Below are positions 40,451 through 51,100 of a stretch of DNA of 64,000 nt, in pieces. The position numbers and the translations under genes were made by a program. Under the pieces are notes generated by a model. The model was given only the letters and a program-made list of their open reading frames with translations. It ran no database searches and was not told the DNA's origin. Source of the stretch: Myxococcota bacterium (lineage in GTDB: Bacteria; Myxococcota_A; UBA796; SXON01); contig JAZKFH010000013.1 in the NCBI GenBank assembly GCA_040386535.1, positions 288,928-352,927 on the forward strand. Direction: 5' to 3'. The stretch's first letter is position 1. Each line of letters opens with the position of its first letter.

Positions 40451-40681
40451 ATGGGCACGCGCGACTGTCGACGCGACATCCTCGCCGAGTCCCCCGTGGG
40501 CTCGGTGGAGCTGTGCTCCTGCGGGAGCCTGCACCTGTGCGTGGGGCCGGTGAGCCTCCGCATCGATCCGGTGGCCTTCCTGGAGCTCGGCCGGATGATG
40601 GACGTGGCCCGCGAGCGCCTGACGCGGGGGGCGCGCTCGGGTGCCGTGGCCGCCGCGCGGAGGCCGATCGATGCGTCGTAG
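40451..40681 (+). CDS. Small Cys/His protein of unknown function
   Basis: 76 aa, CSCGSLHLCVGPVSLR; GGAG RBS; fills the hmuY-hmuT gap. Confidence 0.78.
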   Translation: MGTRDCRRDILAESPVGSVELCSCGSLHLCVGPVSLRIDPVAFLELGRMMDVARERLTRGARSGAVAAARRPIDAS

Positions 40682-41525
40682 AGCGTTCCTCGGCGGCGTC
40701 GCGGCCGCGCTGGTGCTGCCCCGGATGATCGCCCCGGCGCGCGCGGAAGAGCGGCGCCTGATCACGTTGGGGAGCGCCGTGACGGAGACGGTGTTCGCGC
40801 TCGGCGCGGGGGCCGAGGTGGTGGGCGTGGACACGTCTTCGGTGTGGCCGGCCGAGGCCGCGAGCCGCGCCCAGGTCGGCTACCACCGGCAGCTCTCGGC
40901 CGAGGGCGTGCTCGGGCTGCGCCCGACCCACGTGCTCGCGACCGACGAGGCGGGTCCGCCCGCGACCCTCTCCCAGCTCTCCGCGGCCGGGGTGCACGTG
41001 GTGACCCTCGTGGCGACGCACGACGCCGTGGGCGCCAGCGCGCGTATTCGCGCCATCGGCGTCGCGATCGGGCGCCGGGACGAATCCATTCGCCTCGCGA
41101 CGACCCTGGAGACGGAGTTCGCGGCTGCGGCGCACTACGTGGCGTCGGCGCCCAGCCGCCCGCGCGTGTTGTTCGTCTACGCGCGCGGCGCCGGGACGCT
41201 CCAGGTCGCCGGGCGGGACAACGCCGCGGACGCGATGATCGGGCTCGCCGGGGGCGTGAACGCAGTGACCGGGTTCGACGGCTACCGCCCGCTCACCCCC
41301 GAGGCGGCGATCGGGGCGGCGCCGGACGTGGTGCTGCTCACGACGCGTGGGGCGACGAGCGTGGGCGGGACCGAGGCGGTGTGGGCCCTCCCGGGCCTCG
41401 CGCTCACGCCCGCGGGGGCAGCGCGGCGGCTCGTGGTGTTCGACGATCTGCTGCTGCTCGGTTTTGGCCCCCGCGCCGGGGCGGGGGCGCAGGCGCTCGC
41501 CGTGGCCTTGCGGGCGCGCGGGTGA
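40671..41525 (+). CDS. hmuT: Hemin ABC transporter substrate-binding protein
   Basis: Twin-arginine-like RRAFL signal; TETVFALG, VGVDTSS, VGYHRQLSAEG, GFGPR. Confidence 0.9.
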   Translation: MRRRAFLGGVAAALVLPRMIAPARAEERRLITLGSAVTETVFALGAGAEVVGVDTSSVWPAEAASRAQVGYHRQLSAEGVLGLRPTHVLATDEAGPPATLSQLSAAGVHVVTLVATHDAVGASARIRAIGVAIGRRDESIRLATTLETEFAAAAHYVASAPSRPRVLFVYARGAGTLQVAGRDNAADAMIGLAGGVNAVTGFDGYRPLTPEAAIGAAPDVVLLTTRGATSVGGTEAVWALPGLALTPAGAARRLVVFDDLLLLGFGPRAGAGAQALAVALRARG

Positions 41526-42595
41526 CGAGCCTCCCCGCGGCGATCCCCGCCCTCCCGGGCCTGCGTTCGCGGGGCGCGGCCGCGTTGTTGCCCGCCGCGC
41601 TGCTGGTCCTGGCGGTGGCGGTGCTGCTCAACGCGACGAACGGCGCGGCGCTGATCCCCGCCTCCACCGTGATCGCCACGCTCCTCGCCCCGCTCGGGCT
41701 CGCGGAGCCGCCCGATCCCGGCCACGCCGCGATCCTCTGGGCGGTGCGTTTTCCCCGCATCGGCCTCGCCCTGCTCGTGGGGGCCGCGTTGGCTGTCGCG
41801 GGGGCGCTGATGCAGGGCGTGTTCCGGAACCCGCTGGCCGATCCCGGCGTGCTCGGCGTGAGCGCGGGGGCGGCCCTGGGCGCCGCGTCGGTGCAGGTGC
41901 TCGTGGGCCGGGAAACGCTCGCCCTGGTGCCGGAGCCGCTGCGCCCGTGGGTGTTGTCGATCGCGGCGTTCGGGGGCGCCCTCGCCACCGCCGCCTTCGT
42001 GGGCCGACTCGGACAGCGGGGCGGCGTCACGACGCCGGAGTCGCTCCTGCTCGCCGGGGTCGCGGTCAACAGCGGCCTCGGCGGCGCGCTCGCGCTGCTC
42101 CTGTGGATCGCCGACGACGGCGCGCTCCGCGACGTGACCGCGTGGATGATGGGAAGCCTGGGCGGGGCCACCCCCGGCGTGCTCCTCGGCATCGGCCCGC
42201 TTCTCGGCGTGGCGCTGCTCCTCGGCCTCGCGCTCCGCCGCCCCCTCGACGCGCTCGTACTCGGAGAGGCCGAGGCCGGCCACCTCGGCATCGACGCCGG
42301 GAGCGTGCGGCGGCGGGTGATCGTCCTGTCCGCGCTGCTGGTCGGCGCCGCGGTGTCGGTGTCGGGCATCATCGGGTTCGTGGGCCTCGTGGTGCCCCAC
42401 CTCGTGCGGCTCGCGGCCGGGGCCACCCACCGCGTGGTGCTCGTGGGCTCGCTGCTGCTCGGCCCCACGGTGCTCCTGCTCGCCGACCTCGGCGCGCGCA
42501 CGTTCGCCGCGCCCGCGGAGGTGCCCATCGGCGCCCTCACGAGCCTGCTCGGCACCCCGTTCTTCATCGCGCTGCTGCGCGGGAGGCGCGCGTGA
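41522..42595 (+). CDS. hmuU: Hemin ABC transporter permease (FecCD family)
   Basis: QGVFRNPLADP, LGEAEA..LG, GIIGFVGLVVPH; GTGA coupling. Confidence 0.92.
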   Translation: MTSLPAAIPALPGLRSRGAAALLPAALLVLAVAVLLNATNGAALIPASTVIATLLAPLGLAEPPDPGHAAILWAVRFPRIGLALLVGAALAVAGALMQGVFRNPLADPGVLGVSAGAALGAASVQVLVGRETLALVPEPLRPWVLSIAAFGGALATAAFVGRLGQRGGVTTPESLLLAGVAVNSGLGGALALLLWIADDGALRDVTAWMMGSLGGATPGVLLGIGPLLGVALLLGLALRRPLDALVLGEAEAGHLGIDAGSVRRRVIVLSALLVGAAVSVSGIIGFVGLVVPHLVRLAAGATHRVVLVGSLLLGPTVLLLADLGARTFAAPAEVPIGALTSLLGTPFFIALLRGRRA

Positions 42596-43344
42596 TCCGG
42601 GCGGAGGGGCTGGTGGTGCGCGGCCGGTTGGACGGGGTGGACCTGCACGTCCGCAAGGGCGAGCTGTGCGTGCTGGTCGGGCCGAACGGCGCGGGCAAGT
42701 CGACGCTGCTCGCCGCGCTGGCGGGGGATCTGCGCGCGGAGCGAGGCGCCGTCACGCTTGCCGGCCGGGCGCTCTCCCGATGGGACCGCCGCGCGCTCGC
42801 GCGCCGCCGCGCCGTGGTGCTCCAACAGGTGCCCGCCGCCTTTCCGCTCACCGTGGCCGAAGTCGTGTCCCTGGGCCGCTTGCCCCACGGCGACGAGCGG
42901 CGCGCCGACACGATCGTGGCCCGCGCGCTGTCCGAAGTGGGCCTGCTCGGGTTCGCGGCCCGCCTCTACCCGACCCTCTCCGGCGGCGAGCGCCAGCGCG
43001 TGCAGATCGCGCGCGCCTTCGCCCAACTCGACGGGGTGATCGACCCCGTGCTCCTCCTGGACGAGCCGACCGCGGCCGCCGACCTCGCGTGGCAGGAGCG
43101 CCTGCTCGCGGGGCTCCGGGCCCGCGCGGACGCGGGCGCCACGGTCGTCGTCGTCCTTCATGACCTCAACCTCGCGGTGCGGTGGGCGCATGCGATCGTG
43201 CTGCTGAGCAACGGATGGGTGGCTGCAGCTGGCGCGACGGATGTGCTCACCGCGCCCCGACTCTCCGCCGCCTGGGGCGTACGCTTCGACGTGTACGACC
43301 TGGGCGGACGGCCCGTGTTCTTCCCGACCCTGGAGATCCCATGA
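42592..43344 (+). CDS. hmuV: Hemin ABC transporter ATPase
   Basis: GPNGAGKST, LSGGERQR, LLLDEPT, LHDLN. Confidence 0.92.
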   Translation: MIRAEGLVVRGRLDGVDLHVRKGELCVLVGPNGAGKSTLLAALAGDLRAERGAVTLAGRALSRWDRRALARRRAVVLQQVPAAFPLTVAEVVSLGRLPHGDERRADTIVARALSEVGLLGFAARLYPTLSGGERQRVQIARAFAQLDGVIDPVLLLDEPTAAADLAWQERLLAGLRARADAGATVVVVLHDLNLAVRWAHAIVLLSNGWVAAAGATDVLTAPRLSAAWGVRFDVYDLGGRPVFFPTLEIP

Positions 43345-44372
43345 CCCCCACCTCTCCCGATCTCTCCGCCCCCTCGCTCGCCGCGCGGGTCGAGTCCTTG
43401 CGCGCCGAGGAGCCGCGTCTGCGCGACCGTGACCTCGCCGCCCGCCTCGGCGTGACGGAGGCCGACCTGCTCGATCTGCGCGTCGGCGCCGGCGTCACCC
43501 GCCTGGTGCCGGACTGGGACGCCCTGCTCGGGGGGCTGCCGGCGCTCGGGCACGTCATGGCGCTCACCCGCAACGCGACGGTTGTGCACGAGCGGCGGGG
43601 CACCTACGGCGCGCCCGAGGGGCAGGGCCACGTGCGCCTCGTGCTCGGCCCCGACATCGACCTGCGCCTGTTCATGGGCCAGTGGCGCGCCGCCTACGCG
43701 GTCGACGCGGGGGGCCGCCGGAGCGTGCAGGTGTTCGACGGCCATGGCGACGCGGTCCACAAGGTGCACCTGGTCGAAGGCTCCGACGCGGACGCCTTCG
43801 CGGCGCTCGTCCACGCGCTCGCCACGGAGGTCCCGGCCCCCGCCCGCACCGCGCGGCCGCCCCGTACGCCCGCGCGACCGGACGGCGAGATCGACGTGGC
43901 CGGCTTCCGCGCCGGGTGGGCGGCCCTCACCGACACGCACGACTTCTTCGGGCTCTTGCGCCGGTTCGGCGTGACCCGCTCCCAGGCGCTGCGGCTGGCC
44001 CCGCCCGGGTTCGCCGACCCGCTCTCCACGGACGCGCTGGGCGAGGCGCTGCGGACGAGCGCGGAGGCCGGGCTGCCCATCATGGCGTTCGTCGGCAACC
44101 CCGGCTGCATCCAGATCCACACCGGCCCCGTGCACCGAGTGGTCCCGACGGGCGGCTGGCTCAACGTGCTCGATCCGACCTTCAACCTGCACGTGCGCGC
44201 CGACCGCGTCGCGGCGTGTTGGCGGGTGCACAAGCCGACGCTCGACGGCGTGGTCACCTCGCTGGAGGTGTTCGACGTGGACGACGAGTTGTGCCTCCAA
44301 CTCTTCGGTTCGCGGAAGCCGGGGAAGCCGCAGGACGTGGGGTGGGAGCGCATCGTCGGGGCGCTCGTGTAG
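43341..44372 (+). CDS. hmuS: HemS/HmuS heme utilisation protein
   Basis: VMALTRN..VHE, IDLRLF, DTHDFF, GCIQIHTG, FNLH; 343-aa two-domain length. Confidence 0.92.
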   Translation: MTPTSPDLSAPSLAARVESLRAEEPRLRDRDLAARLGVTEADLLDLRVGAGVTRLVPDWDALLGGLPALGHVMALTRNATVVHERRGTYGAPEGQGHVRLVLGPDIDLRLFMGQWRAAYAVDAGGRRSVQVFDGHGDAVHKVHLVEGSDADAFAALVHALATEVPAPARTARPPRTPARPDGEIDVAGFRAGWAALTDTHDFFGLLRRFGVTRSQALRLAPPGFADPLSTDALGEALRTSAEAGLPIMAFVGNPGCIQIHTGPVHRVVPTGGWLNVLDPTFNLHVRADRVAACWRVHKPTLDGVVTSLEVFDVDDELCLQLFGSRKPGKPQDVGWERIVGALV

Positions 44373-44375
44373 AGA

Positions 44376-46289
44376 TCAGGGCGCGTCCGCAGGGAGCGCG
44401 CGCGCCATCACGTTCGCGAGCTCCACGCTCCCGAACGGCTTGGACAACGACCCCGCGAGCCCCTGCGCTTCGAGCCCCGGGAGCCCCTCCATGTCGTGGT
44501 TGCCGCTGACGAGGAGGACACGCGCGCCGGGGCGGAGCGCACGGAGGGCGTGGAAGACCTCCTCCCCGCTCATCCGCGGCATCGTGCGATCGACGAGGTA
44601 GGCGTCGATCCGGTCTCCGAACCGGCGCGCGGTCTCCAGCGCGGCCTCCCCGTCGGAGACGGCGATGACGGAGTATCCCTGCGCCTTGAGCAGGTCGGAC
44701 GTACACTCCAGCACGCTGCGTTCGTCGTCCACCACGAGGATGGTGCCGGCCTTGCGGCGCGGGGGTTCGGGCGGCGGCGCCGTGGCCGGGACGGCAGGCG
44801 GGTGCCCCAGGCTCGGGAGGAGCACGCGAAAGGTGCTCCCGACGCCCGGCGCGCTCACGACCTCGACGATGCCCAGGTGCGCACGGACGATGCCGAGCAC
44901 CGCGGCGAGCCCGAGGCCCCGGCCGTGCGCCCGCGTGGTGAAGAAGGGGTCGAAGATGCGCGCGAGCGTCGCGTCGTCCATGCCGACGCCGGTGTCCCGG
45001 ACCTCGATGAACACGAACTCGCCCGGCGGGGCGTCGGTGCGCAGCCACCCGCGGGCGAGCCGCTCGGCGTCGACTTGCGCGACCCCGCTACACAACGTGA
45101 CCTCTCCCCCGTTTGGTTCCACGGCGGCCGCGGCGTTGGTGAGCAGGTTGACGATGACCTGCTGGAGTTGGATCGGGTCACCCGACACACCGGGGAGGTC
45201 GGGTGCCAGGAGCTCGTGCATCACGATGTTGCGCGGGATGGCGGCACGCAGGAGTTGGGTGTCGACGAACAAGCTGTTCACGTCGAGCGCTCGCATCGTG
45301 GCGGGGCGCCGCCCGGCGTACACGAGGAGCTGGGAGGTGAGCTCCGCGGCTCGCTCCGCGCCACGTTGGATCCGCGCGAGTCGTTGGGTGACAGGGACCC
45401 GGGGAGGCTGGTCCGCCTCGGCCTCCTTCAGCGCCAGCTCCGCGTTCCCGAGGATGCTCGCGAGCAGGTTGTTGAAGTCGTGCGCGACGCCCCCGGCCAG
45501 CAGGCCGATCCCTTCGAGCTTCTGGGCGCGGTGGAACTGCTCCTCGGCGAGGGAGCGTGCTTGTTCGGCCTGACGACGCCGGCGGCTGGAGTGACGCAAC
45601 AGCGCCTGCTGGCGGCGGATGCGACGTTGGGCGTCCCGGAGCGCCTCGTAGCTGGCCTGGAGCTCCGCGCGCTGCGCCTCCATCTCCAGGAGCCCCGGAG
45701 AGAGGCGGACGACGCCACGGAGCATCGCGCCGAACCGCTGGAGGAGGCCGGGCTCGGGGCGCGCGAACCGCACGTCGTAGACCGCCTTGCGCGGGGCCAG
45801 GGTCATCTCCACCTCGGCCGGCGGGTAGCCGCACAACGTGGGGTTGATGCGCAGCCCGCCGAGGAAGATGTAGAAGACCCCGGGCACGTCCCGGTACTCG
45901 GGCGGAAAGGCGATCGTGGCGCGGAGGCGCCCTCCGCCGAGGTCCTCCACCCGGGTTTGGGTGTGATGGAACATCGAGGGGCCGACGACCTTGAGCATCA
46001 CCTCGTAGATGGAGACCGGGTTGGTCAGCGCCCCGAGGAGCGCGGCCAGCGCACGCATGGCCGGGATCTGTGGCGGCGAAGCTCCGATCTCGGCGAGCCC
46101 GTCGAGGCCGACCAACCCCTCGAGCCGCACGCACAGGGCGCCGAAGATCTCCCAGTCGATCCGTTGGGAGGTCCGCTCGAGGAGGGAGAGTGAGGTGCCG
46201 GTGCCTTCGACCAGCTCGGAGCGAGGGATGCCATGTGCGTCGAGGTAGGCGAATACGGGCGCGAAGGCGCGGCAGCTGACTTCTCGCAT
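44376..46289 (-). CDS. Cytoplasmic hybrid sensor histidine kinase / response regulator
   Basis: AGGVAHDFNNLL H-box, NLLTNA, DTGVG, FFTT..GRGLGL, C-terminal receiver (LVVDDE, D.TMP, KPF). Confidence 0.93.
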   Translation of the reverse strand: MREVSCRAFAPVFAYLDAHGIPRSELVEGTGTSLSLLERTSQRIDWEIFGALCVRLEGLVGLDGLAEIGASPPQIPAMRALAALLGALTNPVSIYEVMLKVVGPSMFHHTQTRVEDLGGGRLRATIAFPPEYRDVPGVFYIFLGGLRINPTLCGYPPAEVEMTLAPRKAVYDVRFARPEPGLLQRFGAMLRGVVRLSPGLLEMEAQRAELQASYEALRDAQRRIRRQQALLRHSSRRRRQAEQARSLAEEQFHRAQKLEGIGLLAGGVAHDFNNLLASILGNAELALKEAEADQPPRVPVTQRLARIQRGAERAAELTSQLLVYAGRRPATMRALDVNSLFVDTQLLRAAIPRNIVMHELLAPDLPGVSGDPIQLQQVIVNLLTNAAAAVEPNGGEVTLCSGVAQVDAERLARGWLRTDAPPGEFVFIEVRDTGVGMDDATLARIFDPFFTTRAHGRGLGLAAVLGIVRAHLGIVEVVSAPGVGSTFRVLLPSLGHPPAVPATAPPPEPPRRKAGTILVVDDERSVLECTSDLLKAQGYSVIAVSDGEAALETARRFGDRIDAYLVDRTMPRMSGEEVFHALRALRPGARVLLVSGNHDMEGLPGLEAQGLAGSLSKPFGSVELANVMARALPADAP

Positions 46290-46412
46290 GATCCCAACGA
46301 AGAGGCGCGAGGGTACCTCAATTCGCGGGATGCAGCCTGCGATCTCGTCCGGCTGCCAACCCGCGGCGACCAAGCCGGGCCGCGGGTGCGCCGGTTCGTG
46401 TACGATCACGCC

Positions 46413-47306
46413 ATGGTGCTCCTCCTCGCCGCTTGTGCCCGCGACGCCGACCTGAAAACTCCCGAAGACACCGACGCCGACACGGACGCCGACAGCGACA
46501 CGGACACCGATACGGACGCGGACAGCGACACGGACACCGATACCGACGTCCTCGCGCCGGCCACGGACGGCGTGCTGACGCTGCCGTTCTCCGTCGACGC
46601 GTCGGGAGGGGGCCCCGATCGCCTCGACGACGTCGCGCTCCTCGACGCATCGGGCACGCTCGTGCTCTCCGGCGTCAGCCACCTCGCCGTCGCCTACCAG
46701 GACCACGACTGGTCGGCCTCCGGGTACCACCTGTACGATCTGATCTCCCTCGCGGAGGACGGATCCAACCTCGCGGTCACCTACCTGTACTGCCAGGACG
46801 GGGCGCTGCCCTACGCGTACACCGAGAGCTTCCTGCACCCCATGGGGTGGGAGTCCACCACCGGCACCTGCGCCGGCTCCGCACAGGAGGGGCAGGTGAA
46901 CGTGTCGCTCCCCGCGCTCCGCGCCGCGCCCGCGCCCTTCGACCCCGGCGTGCGGATCGAGGGAGACGACGTGTCGTACGACGGCGAGGCCGGCCGGATC
47001 GTGCTCGCGGGGGTGGAGCGCGATCTGCGGCCCTTCAACGTGGTGGACTGCACCGACTGCCCGGGCGGCCCCTGGTACGAGGTGCACTCCCTGCTCGACG
47101 GCCCCGCCGACGCCTGCTTCGCCATCCTCTACCTGTACCCAGACGATCCGAGCTTCGTGCAGGTCGAATACGGCATCTGCCTCCCGACGCTGGAGCGGCT
47201 CTCCACGTCCATCGACGCGGGCTGGACCGGTGGGCTCGACGGCCCGCCGCCTCCTCCGCGTCTCCTCCGCCCGGTGCCCAGCCGGCTCCGGCCCGAGGCG
47301 CGCTGA
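46413..47306 (+). CDS. Acidic lipoprotein with DT/DA/DS linker
   Basis: MVLLLAAC start; VDCTDCPGGPWYEVH motif. Confidence 0.82.
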   Translation: MVLLLAACARDADLKTPEDTDADTDADSDTDTDTDADSDTDTDTDVLAPATDGVLTLPFSVDASGGGPDRLDDVALLDASGTLVLSGVSHLAVAYQDHDWSASGYHLYDLISLAEDGSNLAVTYLYCQDGALPYAYTESFLHPMGWESTTGTCAGSAQEGQVNVSLPALRAAPAPFDPGVRIEGDDVSYDGEAGRIVLAGVERDLRPFNVVDCTDCPGGPWYEVHSLLDGPADACFAILYLYPDDPSFVQVEYGICLPTLERLSTSIDAGWTGGLDGPPPPPRLLRPVPSRLRPEAR

Positions 47307-47330
47307 GGCTTGGGCGGCGGGATCTCTGCG

Positions 47331-48122
47331 CTACCCCGTGGCCCATCCGGCGATCGCCCCCCACGCGCCCGGCCCGTCCGCCGCGTCCAGCAATGCGTCC
47401 AACCGCCTGCGATCCACCCGCGCGTCCGCCGGCGTGGACGTGGCGCGGAAGGCCAACAGTTGGGCACGGCGCTGGGTGGGTGAGCTCGCGTCGCGGGTGA
47501 CACACGACCACACCTCGCACGCGTAGGCGAACGTCTCGCGGCGGCGCGGGGGCACCGCCAGGATCAAGGCGCCCGCGGGCTCCCAGGCGATCTCGCGCCG
47601 GGCGATGCCGTGGAGCAGGTGCGCCACCTCGTGCACGACCACATCGGAGAACGGGCGCGCCTCGGTGAACGCGCGCGGCAGCAGCCACGCGTGGCCCGCG
47701 TGGGAGAGCCCGTCGAGCTCGGGGGTGTCGTCCGCGAGGGGCGGGGCGCCGATGTCGTCGAGCACGAGGTTGGCGAGGTCCCAGGCGGTGCGCGGCGGCA
47801 CGCCCTCGATGAGCGCGCCGAACGTGGTCGGCGTGACGACGTGGACGCGGGTCGGGAGCAGGGCGAGCAGGGCGTCGGCGTGGGTGGGGACCAGGCCGCG
47901 GACCATCGGTGCCACCCGCGCGGCGACCTGGGCCGGCACGTCGACCGGCACGCGCCGCCCGGGCCCGTGCGCCGCCCGGTAGCCCACGATGCGGCGGAGC
48001 ACGTCGCGGAGCGTGGCCGCCCCCACCTTGCGGCGCTCCACCACGCTCCCCTCCCAAGCGGAGAAGCGCGGATCGTGCTCGCCCGTGGTGATGAAGCGCT
48101 CCACCTCGTCGGACGGGCTCAT
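47331..48122 (-). CDS. Hypothetical HExxH protein
   Basis: VVHEVAHLLH ... RETFAYACE; ATGA-coupled to the RND gene. Confidence 0.78.
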   Translation of the reverse strand: MSPSDEVERFITTGEHDPRFSAWEGSVVERRKVGAATLRDVLRRIVGYRAAHGPGRRVPVDVPAQVAARVAPMVRGLVPTHADALLALLPTRVHVVTPTTFGALIEGVPPRTAWDLANLVLDDIGAPPLADDTPELDGLSHAGHAWLLPRAFTEARPFSDVVVHEVAHLLHGIARREIAWEPAGALILAVPPRRRETFAYACEVWSCVTRDASSPTQRRAQLLAFRATSTPADARVDRRRLDALLDAADGPGAWGAIAGWATG

Positions 48123-51100
48123 GCGCGGCGCCTCCCGATCGACGCGAGCGCCGCGTACACGACCGGCGTGACGTAGAGCGTCAGCACCGTCGCGGAGAGC
48201 ATCCCGCCCACCACCGCGATGCCGAGCGCCGAGCGGCCCGAGCCCGACATCCCGAGCGCGATGGGGATCGCGCCGCCGATGGTCGCCACCGACGTCATCA
48301 GGATGGGGCGCACGCGCAGCTGGGTGGCCCGCTCGGCGGCGGCCCAGGGGAGCAGCCCCTCGTCGTCACGGAGCTGGCGCGCGTACTCCACGATGAGGAT
48401 GCCGTTCTTGGTGACCAGCCCGACCAGGAGGATCAGGCCGACCTGCGCGAAGAAGGAGAGCGTCGAGCCCGTGATCAGGAGCGCGGTGAACGCCCCGGCG
48501 AGGGCGAGCGGCACGGAGAGGAGGATGGAGACCGGCGCCACGAACGAGTCGAACTGCGCCGCGAGGAGCAGGTAGACAAGGGCGAGCGCCAGGAGGAACA
48601 TCTGGAGCAGGGACGACGACCCCTCCTCGAAGTCCTTGGACTGCCCGGAGAGCGCGGTGCGGAAGCCCTCGGGCAGCGTGTCCGCCAGCGCGCGCGCGCG
48701 CGCGATCCCCTCGCCGATCGTGATGCCGTCGAGGTTCGCGCTGATGGTGGCCGAGGGCGCGCGGTCGTAGTGGTAGCGGGTCGACGGGGCGCTCTGCTCC
48801 TCCCACTTCACGAAGTTGGAGAGGGGCACCATCGCGCCGCTCGGGGTGCGCAGGTGGATGCCGGCGAGGTCGGCCGGCTCGTCCCGCCCGTCGCGCCCGA
48901 GCTCCGCGACGACCTTGTATTGGCGCACGCCGCGCTTGAACGTGGAGACCTCGGAGCTGCCGGTGAGCACCTGGACGGTGCGGACGACGTCGCGGATGGA
49001 CACGCCGAGCGCGGCCGCCTTCTCCCGGTCGACGACGAGGCGGAGTTCGGGGCGGTTGAGCTTCAGGTCGGGGTTGACCGAGGAGAGGCCGTCCAGGTCG
49101 GACATGGCCGCGACGAAGGCGGGCAGCGCGTCGGCGAGGGTGTCGAAGTCGGGGTGCTGGAGCACGAACTGGAGCGGCGAGGAGGAGCCACGGCCCACGG
49201 TGGGGGACTGGGTGGGGACGGCGCGGAAGGCGGTGATCTCGGCGAGGGGGCCGCGCAGGGCGTCGACGATCTGCTGCTGGGTGCGATCCCGCTCCTCGCG
49301 CGGCACGAGCGGGAACATGATCATGCCGCTGTTGGTGGGGCCGCTGACCCCGCCGCGCCCGCTCGCCACGCGCGCGAGCATCATGCGGCGCTCGGGCACG
49401 AGCGGACCGAGGATCTCCTCGAACTCCGCCATCCGCGCGTCCATCCACTCGAACGTGGTGCCCTCGGGCGCCTCCGTCCGCACCTGGAACATGCCGCGGT
49501 CCTCGATGGGGAAGAACTCCTGCGGGATGGTGCTCACGCCGTAGCCGCCGATCGCGACGGCGCCGACCAGCATCGGCACCACCAGCCAGGGCCGCCGCAT
49601 CACGAGGCCCAGGGTCGCGTTGAAGGCGCGCTCCCAGAGCGGCACGTGCCGCACGATCGGCTCGCCGCCTGCGTTCTCTTTGCGCACGTGCGCCTTGAGC
49701 AGCTTCGCGCACAACATCGGCGTGAGGGTCAACGCGACGACCATGCTCAGCGCCACGCTCGCGGCCACGGTGACGCCGAACTCCAGGAACAGGCGCCCGG
49801 TGGCGCCGCCGGTGAACACCACGGGCAGGAACACGACCACCAACGAGAGCGTGGTCGCGACGACCGCGGTGGCGATCTGGCGGGTGCCGACCAGCGCGGC
49901 CTCGTGGGGGGAGTCTCCCTCCTCGAGGCGCCGCACGATGTTCTCGAGGACCACGATCGCATCGTCCACGACGAGGCCGATGGCGAGCACGAGGCCGAAC
50001 AGGGTGAAGACGTTGAGCGTGAAGCCGGCGATCCAGAGCACCAGGAAGGTGCCGACGAGGGAGACCGGGATGGCGATGGCGGGGACCAGGGTGCTCCGCA
50101 GATCGCGCAGGAACAGGAAGATGACGGCGACGACGAGGCCGAAGGCCACGAACAGCGTGTGCTCGACGTCGCGGATGGAGGCGCGCACGGCCTCGGCGCG
50201 GTCGTAGACGACATCGAGCGTCATGCCGGAGGGCAGATCCGCCTCGATGATCGAGAGGCGGCGCTTCACCTCGTCCGCCACGTCCACCACGTTGGCCTTG
50301 GCCTGCGGGTTGACCGAGAGCGTGATCGTCGGCAAACCCTCGGTGCGCGCGGCGGTGCGCTCGTTCTCGGCGCCGAGGCGGACGCTCGCCACGTCCCGCA
50401 AGTACACCTGCCCGTCGCCGTCGGCACGCACGATCAGCGCGCCGAACTCCTCGGGCGTCCGGAGGCCGCTCTGCACGCTCAACGTGAGCTGGGTGGCCGC
50501 GCCTTCGAGGCGCCCGGCCGGAACGTCCACGTTGCCAGCGCGCAGGGCGGCCTCGATGTCGCCCACGGTGACCCGGCGGGCCGCGAGCCGCGCCGCGTCG
50601 AGCTCCAGACGCATTGCCCACACCCGCCCGCCGTTCAGATCGACGCCGCTGACCCCGGGCACGTTCTCGATGCGCTCGCGCACGATGGTGTCGGCGACCT
50701 CGGTGACGTCGAGCAGATCGAGGCCCTCGCCCGAGAGGCGGATGAACATGATCGAGTCACCCGAGGCGTCGGACTTCGACACGATGGGCTCATCGACATC
50801 GTCGGGCAGGCGGCGGCGGGCCTGGCCCACCCGGCCGCGCACGTCGTTCGCGGCGGCCTCGATGTCCAGGCCGAGCTCGAACTCGATGCGGATCTCCGAG
50901 CGGCCGTCCTGGCTGGTGCTCGACATCGTCCGCACGCCCTCGATCCCGTTGAGCTCGCGCTCCAGCACCTCGGTGACGTCGGTCTCCATGATGGCGGGGT
51001 CGGCGCCGGGCCACGACGTGGACACGCTCACGATGGGGGACTCGACGTCGGGCGTCTCGCGGACGCCGAGCAGGCCGTACCCCATCACCCCGAGCAGGAG

